From NCBI GenBank assembly GCA_963740355.1, contig CAVUDW010000003.1:1728001-1792000 (forward strand): a DNA stretch of 64,000 nt, in the 5' to 3' direction. Both the position numbers and the translations under genes were made by a program. Origin of the DNA: an uncultured Gemmatimonadaceae bacterium. GTDB lineage: Bacteria > Gemmatimonadota > Gemmatimonadetes > Gemmatimonadales > Gemmatimonadaceae. Positions 1-9,453 of the stretch are shown one piece after another. How positions within the stretch are numbered: position 1 is the stretch's first letter; each line of letters begins with the position of its first letter. The notes beneath the pieces are model-generated. The model had not been told where the DNA came from, made no database searches, and was given only the letters and a program-made list of their open reading frames with translations.

Positions 1-1344
1 CAGGCCAGCCCCCACGTCTCCCCGGCCGGCGCCATCAATGGCACCTGGTGGGTCGGGGCGACGGGGTTCGACGCCATCGGCGGTGAACGACGCCTCGCCC
101 AGACACTGCTCACCATCGCCCAGCGCTGGCACCCACGGGCCCGGGTCGCGATCGCCGACTCCTGCGCCGCCGCCCGCGCCGCCACCTGGCAGCAGCCGCC
201 CGCCGGCCAGCCGCTGTCGTTCTGCATCCCCTCCGGCGGCGACGCAGCCTTCCTCGCCCCCCTCCCGCTGGGCTTCCTCCCGCTCGACGACGAGCTGGTG
301 GCCGCCCTCGAGGCGCTGGGCATCAAGACGGTGGGTGGCTTCGCAGCCCTGCCGGTGGCCGACATCGAACGGCGCTGGGGCGACTCGGGGCTGCGCGCCT
401 GGCGCCTCGCCCACGGCGAGGACTCCCGCCGCCCAGTCCTCGCCCGCCTCGAAGCACACCGATCAGTGACGGCGGAGTTGGGCGGATCCAGCGACACCAT
501 GGAGCCAGCACTCTTCCTCGTCCGGGCCGCCCTCGAGACGCTGGTGCGCGACCTGGTGCGTGATGGCCTCGCCGCCGCCGCCGTCGCGATCACCCTCCAT
601 CTCGATGGCGGCAAGCAGAAGCGCGACGACCTCACACCGGCCGAAACGATCACGCGCGAGGTGCGCCCCGCACATCCGCTGGCCCGCGTCGCACCACTCT
701 TCGAACGCTGTCGCGCACTGCTGTCCGATTGGGCGATCGTCGCGCCGATCTGCGGTGTCACGGTCACCCTCACCAACACCGTGCCAGCGACGGGTGAACA
801 GGGCGACCTGCTCGATGCGGGTTGGCGCGACCCAGGCGCGGCCCTCGCCGCACTCGAACGCCTGCGCAGCACACTCGGCCCCGATGCGGTGATGCGTCCG
901 GTGTTGCGCGACGATTTCCGCGCCGAGCAGGCCGGCGCGTGGGCCGAACTGGTGGATGGTGATGATGCCGCACTGGCCGCCGCCAACCGTGTGGAGCAGA
1001 ACGCCGTCGATGCACGCCACGACGACACGGCACCCACCACTTACACCGGCACCTGGCTCCCCCTCTTCACCACCGACCGCGCCGCCACGCCCGCTGCACT
1101 ACGCCTGCTCGAAACTCCACAGCCAGTGCGCATGACCTGCGACGCCGAGCACCGTCCAATCGCCGGTGTCTGGCAGTCACACACCTTCACCGTGCAGGAA
1201 TCCATCGGCCCCGAGCGCCTCACCGGCGCCTGGTGGCGCACCCCCTTCGCCCGCGACTACTGGTATCTCCGCACCCGCGAAGTCGGCACCCTCCTCCTCT
1301 ACCACCAGAGCGACGCCTGGGTGCTGCAGGGGTGGTATGACTGA
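1..1344 (+). CDS. imuB: ImuB, inactive Y-family DNA polymerase of the SOS mutagenesis cassette (5' truncated by window edge)
   Basis: Frame is open from base 1. Contains LGIKTVGGFAALP (HhH-like) and the ImuB-type C-terminus GPERLTGAWW..RDYW..WVLQGWYD. Lies upstream of dnaE2. Confidence 0.85.
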   Translation, partial: QASPHVSPAGAINGTWWVGATGFDAIGGERRLAQTLLTIAQRWHPRARVAIADSCAAARAATWQQPPAGQPLSFCIPSGGDAAFLAPLPLGFLPLDDELVAALEALGIKTVGGFAALPVADIERRWGDSGLRAWRLAHGEDSRRPVLARLEAHRSVTAELGGSSDTMEPALFLVRAALETLVRDLVRDGLAAAAVAITLHLDGGKQKRDDLTPAETITREVRPAHPLARVAPLFERCRALLSDWAIVAPICGVTVTLTNTVPATGEQGDLLDAGWRDPGAALAALERLRSTLGPDAVMRPVLRDDFRAEQAGAWAELVDGDDAALAAANRVEQNAVDARHDDTAPTTYTGTWLPLFTTDRAATPAALRLLETPQPVRMTCDAEHRPIAGVWQSHTFTVQESIGPERLTGAWWRTPFARDYWYLRTREVGTLLLYHQSDAWVLQGWYD

Positions 1345-1351
1345 TCCGATC

Positions 1352-2030
<679 letters not shown>

Positions 2031-2035
2031 CAACG

Positions 2036-2476
2036 TCAGAGCAGCGGGTTCCCTTCCCGGTCCGAGATCATCACCCACACACTCCGCGTCCGCTTGCTGT
2101 AGAACAGCCGGACCGTCACATCACGTGGGTTCTGCTTGAACGCAAAGTGGAACGAGAACGTCGTGTCCAGCGACTCCCGCAGCACCCCTTCCTTGAACTG
2201 CCCGTAGAACTGCTGGACCTTGGTGCAGGGCGCGATCTCGCTGAAGAACTTCTTCCCGATCGTCACCTCCTTCGGCAACTGCGCGAGGCGACTCTCGACC
2301 GCGTTGTACTTGAGGATGCGGCCCGTCGCATCGAGCTGGATCATGCCGTACGGCAACGTGTCCAGCTCCTCGCTCGACATGGTGTCGGCCGCCGACAGGA
2401 TTTCCGCCTTGTGCGCTTCATGCGATGCCGGCGTCAATCGCATCATGTCGCGACGCGGTGTCTCAGGGGTGTCCAT
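2036..2476 (-). CDS. pyp: Photoactive yellow protein (PYP) homologue, PAS fold
   Basis: LDTLPYGMIQLDATGRILKYNAVE...IGKKFFSEIAPCT...FYGQFKEG aligns by eye with H. halophila PYP ([24 protein letters not shown]...IGKNFFKDVAPCT...FYGKFKEG). Tyr42, Glu46 and Cys69 equivalents are present. Start chosen at ATG 2476, 7 nt after TATATT. Confidence 0.88.
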   Translation of the reverse strand: MDTPETPRRDMMRLTPASHEAHKAEILSAADTMSSEELDTLPYGMIQLDATGRILKYNAVESRLAQLPKEVTIGKKFFSEIAPCTKVQQFYGQFKEGVLRESLDTTFSFHFAFKQNPRDVTVRLFYSKRTRSVWVMISDREGNPLL

Positions 2477-2505
2477 GCGAGGCAATATAGCCGCGGAGGT
2501 GCGGC

Positions 2506-5500
2506 ATGACCGGCGACGATTACGTCGAGTTGCACGCGCACAGCGCCTTCTCGCTGCTCGATGGTGCCTCTGCACCAGAGGAGCTCATCGCACGTGCCGT
2601 CATCACCGGACAGTTGGCCATCGCACTCACCGATCACGATGAACTCGGCGGGGCCGTCCGGTTTGCACAGGCGGCCGATGCTGCGGGGATTGCCGGCATC
2701 ATCGGGGCCGAACTCACCGTGTCTGCCAACGGCGCCCTGCAGCACCTCACCCTGCTCGCGACATCACGACTCGGTTATGGCAACCTCAGCACACTGATCA
2801 CGCGTGCCCGAATGGACGTGCCGGAACGTGGCGCCCCTTCGGTGCCATTCGACCTGCTGGCCGCGCACACCGATGGGCTCTTCGCGCTCAGCGGCTGTCC
2901 GCGTGGCGCCGTGCCGCAGGCGCTCGCGGCCGGCAACGTCGCCGAGGCCAATCGCATCGCCGGGACGCTGCGCGACCTGTTCGAGGATGCGTTCGCGATC
3001 GAAGTCTGGGATCATCGCTTGCCCGAAGAACATGCGCTGGTGCGACAGCTCATTCCCATCGCGCGTCGCATCGGTGTGCCCTGGGTCGTGACCAACAACG
3101 CCCACTACGCCACCCGTCAGGGCCGCCCCGCGCACGACGCCCTCACCGCACTGCGCCATGGTCGCCCGTTGGACGCCATGGGTACACGGCTGCGACCCAA
3201 TGGCGAGTGGTACCTCAAGTCCACCGCGCTGCATTACAAGCGCTGGCTCGGGCATGAAGCCGGCCTGCGGGCCACACGGGTGATTGCGGAGCGATGCCAG
3301 TTCCGGATCAGTCAGCTCAAGCCATCGCTGCCGCGGTTTCCGTTGCCGCCCGGTGTCAGCGAGGACGACTATCTCGCACAACTCGTCGAGACCGGCGCCA
3401 CCGAACGTTGGGGTCACACGCGCACCCCCGCGCAGGCGAAGCAGCTCGCGCATGAACTGGAAGTCATCCGTCGACTCGACATGGCCGGCTATTTCCTGAT
3501 CGTGTGGGATATCGTCCGTTTCTCCCGCCGCGAAGGGATCCTCTGCCAGGGACGCGGTTCTGCCGCCAACTCCGCCGTCTGCTACTGCCTCGGCATCACC
3601 GCCGTCGATCCGATTCGCATGGAGCTGCTGTTCGAGCGGTTCCTCAGCGAGGATCGTCGCGAGCCGCCGGACATCGACATCGACTTTGCACACCGCGAAC
3701 GTGAGCGGGTGCTGCAATACGTGTACGAGCGCTACGGTCGCGAACATGCGGCGATGGTCTGCGAGCAGATCACCTATCGCGGGCGCAGCGCGGTGCGTGA
3801 TGCCGCGCGCATTCTCGGCTTCTCGCTCGAACAGGGCGATGCACTGGCCGCCGTCAGTGATCGCTTCAGCGCCCGCAGCACCGCCGCCGCCCTGCGCGCC
3901 GGACTCGGCACCGCCAGCGCCGAGGATCTCCGTCGTACCGCGTTCGTCGAGGCGACGCCGCGCAGCATCGGCGCCACTGGGCCAGTGCATCGTGCCGACA
4001 AGCCCGATGCCGAGCTGCCACACATCCAACGCGACCTCGGCAAGCGTGCGTTCGCCGTCGACCTGCCGGAAGCCGAACGCACGCCGACGATTCCCCTCAC
4101 CATGCGCCGCCCCGCCATCCGCACAGCATCGGCCGACATCGATGCCTACGATGGCGAAAACACCATCGACAAACCTGAGCTCCGCAAGCGCTACGAACGC
4201 GAAGAACGCCTCGCGGCCATTCCGTCGGCTCGCACCCGTCGCGTTACGGCCTCTGAACGGTCGCGCGTTGACCTGTCCACCGTGGCGCTCGTGACATCGC
4301 AAACTGCTGGTGAGGGGGAGGCCACGGAGCTCACGGAGTGCTCGACTGGACGGAGTGTCAACACCCGCAACGAACGTGATGGAGTGGTTGATGTGCCCTC
4401 ACCTTCGTCACCAACGTCGCCCTCCACCGACGCTCCGAGTGCCACGCACTCCGTGAGCTCCGTGGCCTCCGCTCCCAATGCAGTTGCAGTTGCAGTTCCG
4501 CCACCACGCACCGACATCCTCGAACGCGCCGGACTCGATCCCAAGGATCCGCGCGTCCGCGCATTGGCCGACATCGTGGACGGTCTGCATCAGCTCCCGC
4601 GTCATCGCTCGATTCACGTCGGTGGGTTCGTGCTCACACGCGAACCGCTGTCGACGGTGGTGCCGATCGAACCGGCATCGATGCCGGGACGCACGGTCAT
4701 CCAGTGGGAACGCGACGATCTCGATGCGGCTAGCCTGGTGAAGATCGACCTGCTCGGCCTTGGCATCCTCACCGTGCTGCAGGATTGCCTGGTGTATGTG
4801 CGACAGACTCGCGGTGTGACCATCGACCTCGCGCTGCTCGACACCAGCGACCAGGCGGTCTACGATGATCTCTGCGCGGCCGATACCATCGGCGTCTTTC
4901 AGGTCGAGAGTCGCGCACAGATGAACACCTTGCCGCGCCTCAAGCCACGCTGCTTCTACGACATCGTGGTCGAGGTGGCGCTGATCCGCCCCGGACCGAT
5001 TCAGGGCGCGATGGTGCATCCGTATCTGCGCCGTCGCGCGGGCGTAGAAGAGGTGGTGTATCCACATCCATCGCTCGAACCGATCCTCAAGCGCACGCTT
5101 GGTGTGCCACTGTTTCAGGAGCAGGGCATGCAGGTGGCCATTGCCTGCGCCGGGTTCACCGCCGGTGAGGCCGACACGCTGCGGCGCGCGATGGGTCACA
5201 AGCGCAGTCACGAAAAGATGGAGGCGCTGCGGCAGAAGATGCTGGCCGGCATGCGAGCCAATGGGATCGACGGCGATGTGGCGAACCGCATCTTCGCGCA
5301 GATCAACGCCTTTGCCGACTACGGCTTTCCCGAGAGTCACGCCGCCAGTTTTGCGTTGCTCGTGTACGCGTCGGCCTGGCTGCGGCACTACTACCATGCC
5401 GAGTTTCTGGCGGCGATGCTCAACGCGCAGCCGATGGGGTTTTATGCGCCCGGGACGTTGATCGAGGATGGGCGCAGGCATGGGGTGGAGGTCCGTGGTG

Positions 5501-6288
5501 TCGATCTGACCTGTTCGGCGTGGGATGCGACGCTCGAGTCGCGCGCACCCGAGTCGAAGGCGCCGGCGATCCGGCTTGGTGTGCGCAGTGTGCGCGGACT
5601 TGGGGCGGCCGCGCGTGGCAAGCTCGAAGCAGCGCTGACCGAAGGAGCATTCAGCGATGTGGGCGATGTCGTGCGGCGCACGCGCCTCGATCGACGTGCA
5701 CTGCGATTGCTGGCCGAGTCGGGGGCGTTTGATGGGATGTTCGCGAACGAGCCACTGGCCACGCGGCGACGGCGGGCGTTGTGGGAAGTGCTGGCGGCGG
5801 TGCGTGGTGATGCTGGCCCGCTGGCACCGTCGGTGTTGCTGCCCGATGCAGCCTTGCCGCGGATGTCGATGGCCGACCTCACCGAGGCCGATTATCGCGT
5901 GATGGGGGTGTCGCTGAACGGGCATCCGATGCGGCACCTGCGGCCGTTGCTGCAACCGAATGGCATCCGGAGCGCGCGCGACATTCAGGCCAACGGCCGT
6001 GATACCGAGCAGGTCGCGATCGCGGGCCTCGTCATCTGCCGCCAGCGCCCCAGCACGGCGAAGGGATTCGTGTTCCTGTCGCTGGAGGACGAGACCGGCA
6101 TCGTGAACGTCGTCGTCACCCCGCAGCGGTTCGAGCGTGATGCCCTCAAGATCAGCACCTCGCCCCTGCTGCTGGTGCGTGGCACGCTGCAGGTGGAGTC
6201 GAACGTGGTGACGCTGCGCGGCCGGCTCTTCGTGCCGCTCGATGCACAGCTCGGGGCCGAACATGCGCGCAGCCACGATTTCCGGTGA
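2506..6288 (+). CDS. dnaE2: Error-prone DNA polymerase DnaE2 (ImuC) with a ~200-aa internal insertion
   Basis: PHP motif ELHAHSAFSLLDG, GRGSAANS, PPDIDIDF, KIDLLGLG, YGFPESHA, OB fold RQRPSTAKG and C-terminal SHDFR. GGAGG RBS upstream. Confidence 0.95.
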   Translation: MTGDDYVELHAHSAFSLLDGASAPEELIARAVITGQLAIALTDHDELGGAVRFAQAADAAGIAGIIGAELTVSANGALQHLTLLATSRLGYGNLSTLITRARMDVPERGAPSVPFDLLAAHTDGLFALSGCPRGAVPQALAAGNVAEANRIAGTLRDLFEDAFAIEVWDHRLPEEHALVRQLIPIARRIGVPWVVTNNAHYATRQGRPAHDALTALRHGRPLDAMGTRLRPNGEWYLKSTALHYKRWLGHEAGLRATRVIAERCQFRISQLKPSLPRFPLPPGVSEDDYLAQLVETGATERWGHTRTPAQAKQLAHELEVIRRLDMAGYFLIVWDIVRFSRREGILCQGRGSAANSAVCYCLGITAVDPIRMELLFERFLSEDRREPPDIDIDFAHRERERVLQYVYERYGREHAAMVCEQITYRGRSAVRDAARILGFSLEQGDALAAVSDRFSARSTAAALRAGLGTASAEDLRRTAFVEATPRSIGATGPVHRADKPDAELPHIQRDLGKRAFAVDLPEAERTPTIPLTMRRPAIRTASADIDAYDGENTIDKPELRKRYEREERLAAIPSARTRRVTASERSRVDLSTVALVTSQTAGEGEATELTECSTGRSVNTRNERDGVVDVPSPSSPTSPSTDAPSATHSVSSVASAPNAVAVAVPPPRTDILERAGLDPKDPRVRALADIVDGLHQLPRHRSIHVGGFVLTREPLSTVVPIEPASMPGRTVIQWERDDLDAASLVKIDLLGLGILTVLQDCLVYVRQTRGVTIDLALLDTSDQAVYDDLCAADTIGVFQVESRAQMNTLPRLKPRCFYDIVVEVALIRPGPIQGAMVHPYLRRRAGVEEVVYPHPSLEPILKRTLGVPLFQEQGMQVAIACAGFTAGEADTLRRAMGHKRSHEKMEALRQKMLAGMRANGIDGDVANRIFAQINAFADYGFPESHAASFALLVYASAWLRHYYHAEFLAAMLNAQPMGFYAPGTLIEDGRRHGVEVRGVDLTCSAWDATLESRAPESKAPAIRLGVRSVRGLGAAARGKLEAALTEGAFSDVGDVVRRTRLDRRALRLLAESGAFDGMFANEPLATRRRRALWEVLAAVRGDAGPLAPSVLLPDAALPRMSMADLTEADYRVMGVSLNGHPMRHLRPLLQPNGIRSARDIQANGRDTEQVAIAGLVICRQRPSTAKGFVFLSLEDETGIVNVVVTPQRFERDALKISTSPLLLVRGTLQVESNVVTLRGRLFVPLDAQLGAEHARSHDFR
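4317..4497. repeat. Palindromic element embedded in-frame in dnaE2
   Basis: Perfect 25-bp IR GGAGGCCACGGAGCTCACGGAGTGC (4317-4341) / GCACTCCGTGAGCTCCGTGGCCTCC (4446-4470), followed by GCAGTT x3 as in the intergenic repeats. Confidence 0.85.
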
Positions 6289-6376
6289 CAGGGGTAGCAC
6301 ACACAGGGGTTCAGGCGCGCTCGACTGTCTGGTGTGTAGCGGCCTACCTTTCGATTCGCGCTCACCCGGACACTGC

Positions 6377-6871
6377 ATGCGCACTCCACTGCTCGTCACG
6401 CTCCTCTGCCTCACGACAGGCCTCACCGCCTGCATGCCGCCCAAGTCGCTGCCCCCAAAGCCGCGGCCAGACGATACCGACCTGCAGGATCAGCTCTTTG
6501 CCGCCGACCGCGCTTTCGCGCGGGCGGTGGCCGACAGTGGCGCACCGGCTTGGAATGCGCGGCTCGCAGACGACATCGCCAAACCCGGGAACGGAGGCCT
6601 CATCCTGCTCCGCGGCATCGTACCCGTGGCCGCCAACGACAAGTCGCTCTTCGCCGACGCCGCCCAGCTGCTCGTCTGGGAGCCAACCGACGCGGTCGCG
6701 TACACCGATCGTGTGACGGGGGTCACGGTAGGGCGGTATGCTATGGTTCGTCGCAGTGTCCGCACCGATACCCTCACCCGCGGCCGCTACCTCACGCTCT
6801 GGCGCAAGCAGTCCGATGGTCGCTGGAAGATCATGCTCGACACCGGCTGGCCCGACACGCCGAACAAGTAG
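6377..6871 (+). CDS. NTF2-like/DUF4440 family lipoprotein
   Basis: Lipobox LTAC. QLFAADRAFARA and GRYLTLWRKQSDGRWKIMLDTG are typical of DUF4440/YybH. Confidence 0.75.
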   Translation: MRTPLLVTLLCLTTGLTACMPPKSLPPKPRPDDTDLQDQLFAADRAFARAVADSGAPAWNARLADDIAKPGNGGLILLRGIVPVAANDKSLFADAAQLLVWEPTDAVAYTDRVTGVTVGRYAMVRRSVRTDTLTRGRYLTLWRKQSDGRWKIMLDTGWPDTPNK

Positions 6872-6903
6872 TCCAGGCAGAAACCGAGACCATCTTTCCG
6901 TCC

Positions 6904-7503
6904 ATGCTGCGCGACCTCCTGCCACCGGCCCTTCGCGATCGGTACGACGCGAATCGCTCCGACAAACGCGACATCGACGGGGTGCAGGCCTGGTTCCTCA
7001 ACGAGCGTGAGGACATCGACAACGCGCACCTGGTCTCGCGCTTCACCGAAGCGCTGACGCTGATCGGCAAGTACATGCCGCGCCACCTGCGCCGCCTGCG
7101 TCAGGACGTGCACTGCATCTGGGTCAAGCGCTGGCCCAACCGCGGGATCTTTTTCCACGACACCCGCATCATGGTGATCGACACCACCTTCGTCGTGAAT
7201 CCGACCTTCACGCTGGCGCAGGTGGCGGCCACGATCCTGCACGAAGGGGTGCATGCGCGCATCACGGCCATGCGAGTCAACCGTCGCTACACCAACATCG
7301 CTGACGAAGAGCGCATGTGTCGCCGTGCCGAGATCGCGTTCGGGCAACTGGCGCCAGGTGGCGCGCCGGTGGTGGCACGCGCGATGGAAATCCTTGGCCT
7401 CACCGACGACGAGGTGGCGCCAGGCATCGACCTCGCCGTGGCGGACGCCAAGCTCCGCGAGCTACGCAAGCGTGAAGGGGGTTCAGGGAGCGGCAACGTC
7501 TAG
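6904..7503 (+). CDS. Hypothetical protein with HEXXH zinc-metallopeptidase-like motif
   Basis: ATILHEGVH followed by a downstream EERMC. Good codon usage. Fills the gap between neighbouring genes. Confidence 0.6.
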   Translation: MLRDLLPPALRDRYDANRSDKRDIDGVQAWFLNEREDIDNAHLVSRFTEALTLIGKYMPRHLRRLRQDVHCIWVKRWPNRGIFFHDTRIMVIDTTFVVNPTFTLAQVAATILHEGVHARITAMRVNRRYTNIADEERMCRRAEIAFGQLAPGGAPVVARAMEILGLTDDEVAPGIDLAVADAKLRELRKREGGSGSGNV

Positions 7504-7517
7504 CTACGCTTGTGGCC

Positions 7518-8393
7518 ATGCCACGTGTCGCCTTCCTCACGCTCGAAAACATCGCCGACTTCGTGATCGACGATGCGCTGGCCATTGCCGAACTGACCCG
7601 CCGCGGGTGGGATGCCACCGAGGTGCCGTGGTCACGCGCTGACGTCGACTGGAGCAGCTACGACCTGGTGGTCATTCGCACCACCTGGGACTACCACGAT
7701 CGGCCGGTCGAGTTTCTCGCCACGCTGGCGGCCATCGAAGCCAGCGGCACACGGCTGGAGAACCCGCGCGACCTGGTGGTCTGGAACCTCGACAAGCAGT
7801 ACCTGCGCAGCCTCGAGGCGCGCGGCGTGCCGATCGTTCCCAGCGTCTGGGGACATGGTGGTGATGCGAAAGTTTTTGCCGCGCTCTTCACCACGCTGCA
7901 GGACACCGAGATCGTCATCAAGCCGACCATCAGCGGTGGCGCGAAGAACACCTTTCGCGTGCATGCGCCGATCGATGACGTGACGATGCAGCACCTGATC
8001 GACACCTTCGCCGAGCGGGACTGGTTTGCCCAGGCCTTCCTCCGCTCCGTCATCACCGAGGGTGAGTACTCGCTCTTCTATTTCGTTGGCAAGATCAGCC
8101 ATGCCGTGCAGAAGATTCCGAAGTCAGGCGATTTCCGGGTGCAGGAAGAGCATGGCGGCGACATCAAGGGCATGACGATCACGCCTGAACTTCGCCGCGC
8201 GGCTGACCACGTGCTGGCCGCAATCACACCAGCGCCACTGCAGGCGCGCATCGACCTCGTGCGACTCGCCGACGGAACCCTGGGCGTGATGGAAGTCGAG
8301 TTGATCGAGCCGTCGCTCTATCTGCGCATGCATCCAGACGCGCCGTCGAACTTTGCCGATGCGCTCGATGCGCGCGTTCAGCAGGTCGGCTGA
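7518..8393 (+). CDS. ATP-grasp (RimK/glutathione synthetase-like) protein
   Basis: VIRTTWDY, WNLDKQYL, VIKPTISGGA, DFRVQEEHGG, MEVELIEPSLY. Confidence 0.85.
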   Translation: MPRVAFLTLENIADFVIDDALAIAELTRRGWDATEVPWSRADVDWSSYDLVVIRTTWDYHDRPVEFLATLAAIEASGTRLENPRDLVVWNLDKQYLRSLEARGVPIVPSVWGHGGDAKVFAALFTTLQDTEIVIKPTISGGAKNTFRVHAPIDDVTMQHLIDTFAERDWFAQAFLRSVITEGEYSLFYFVGKISHAVQKIPKSGDFRVQEEHGGDIKGMTITPELRRAADHVLAAITPAPLQARIDLVRLADGTLGVMEVELIEPSLYLRMHPDAPSNFADALDARVQQVG

Positions 8394-8398
8394 GCGAC

Positions 8399-9394
8399 GT
8401 GTTGCGTAAGCGCGTGTTTTTGCTCGGCGCGACCGGTACCATCGGACGGGCGACGGCTCGTGCGCTGATCAGTCGCGGATTTGACGTGGTGTGCTTCATT
8501 CGACCAGAGAGCACGGGCCGCGGCGCCGCCAGCGCCGATGCGCGCGTCACCACACTGGCAGGTGCCACGATCCGATACGGCGATGTCGGCGATGCGTCCT
8601 CGCTCGCACGCGACGGATTTCACGGCGAACGATTCGACGCGCTGGTCTCGTGCCTCGCCTCGCGCACCGGCACACCGAAGGATGCGTGGGCGATCGACAA
8701 CCAGGCCCACGTACACGCACTCACCGCGGCCAAGGCGGCCGGCGTGACGCAGGTAGTGCTGCTCTCCGCCATCTGCGTGCAGAAGCCGCTGCTCGCATTC
8801 CAGCATGCAAAGCTCGGCTTCGAGAAGGTCCTGATGGAATCGGGGCTCACCTACTCGATCGTGCGCGCAACGGCCTTCTTCAAGTCGCTTGTCCGGACAG
8901 ATCGAGCGCGTGAAGAACGGCAAGCCATTCCTCGTCTTCGGCAACGGCACCCTCACCGCCTGCAAGCCGATCAGCGACGACGACCTCGGCGCCTACCTGG
9001 CCGACTGCCTCGACGACACCACGCGCCACAATCGTGTGCTGCCGATTGGCGGTCCCGGGCCTGCCATCACGCCGCGTGAACAGGGCGAACGCTTGTTCTC
9101 GCTGCTCGGCCAGTCACCGAAGTTCAAGCAGGTACCGGTGGCGTTGCTCGATGTGATCATCGCCGTGCTCGGCACCCTCGGCCATGTCGATTCCGGCGCT
9201 GGCCGAGAAGGCGGAGTTGGCGCGCATCGGCCGCTACTACGCCACCGAGTCGATGCTGGTGCTCGAACCCGGCGAGCGGACGATACGACGCGGATGCGAC
9301 ACCGGAGACGGGCACCGAGACACTGTTCGACTACTACGCGACGCTGATTCGCGGCGGAACCGGGCCGGAACGCGGCGATCACGCGGTGTTCTGA
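8399..9394 (+). pseudogene. bciA: 3,8-divinyl (proto)chlorophyllide a 8-vinyl reductase BciA/DVR-like; three +1 frameshifts (probably sequencing errors)
   Basis: Segments GATGTIG, VSCLASRTG, LLSAICVQKPLLAFQHAKL, AFFKSL|SGQ, ACKPISDDDL, LPIGGPG, ARIGRYYATESMLVL, GRYDADATP..ERGDHAVF* join across extra bases at ~8889, ~9189 and ~9269. Confidence 0.8.
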
Positions 9395-9453
9395 GCAGCG
9401 ATTCTCAGCAGCTACGCTCGCGTCATGCCACAAGGTCGCTGTAGGTTCTCGGT

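Noticed and set aside
3900..4520. Intein in DnaE2
   Set aside because: No C-terminal His-Asn followed by Cys/Ser/Thr and no LAGLIDADG blocks. The insert is low-complexity.
2036..9394. Photosynthesis gene cluster
   Set aside because: Only pyp and a bciA-like gene are present. No puf, puh, bch or crt genes occur in the window.
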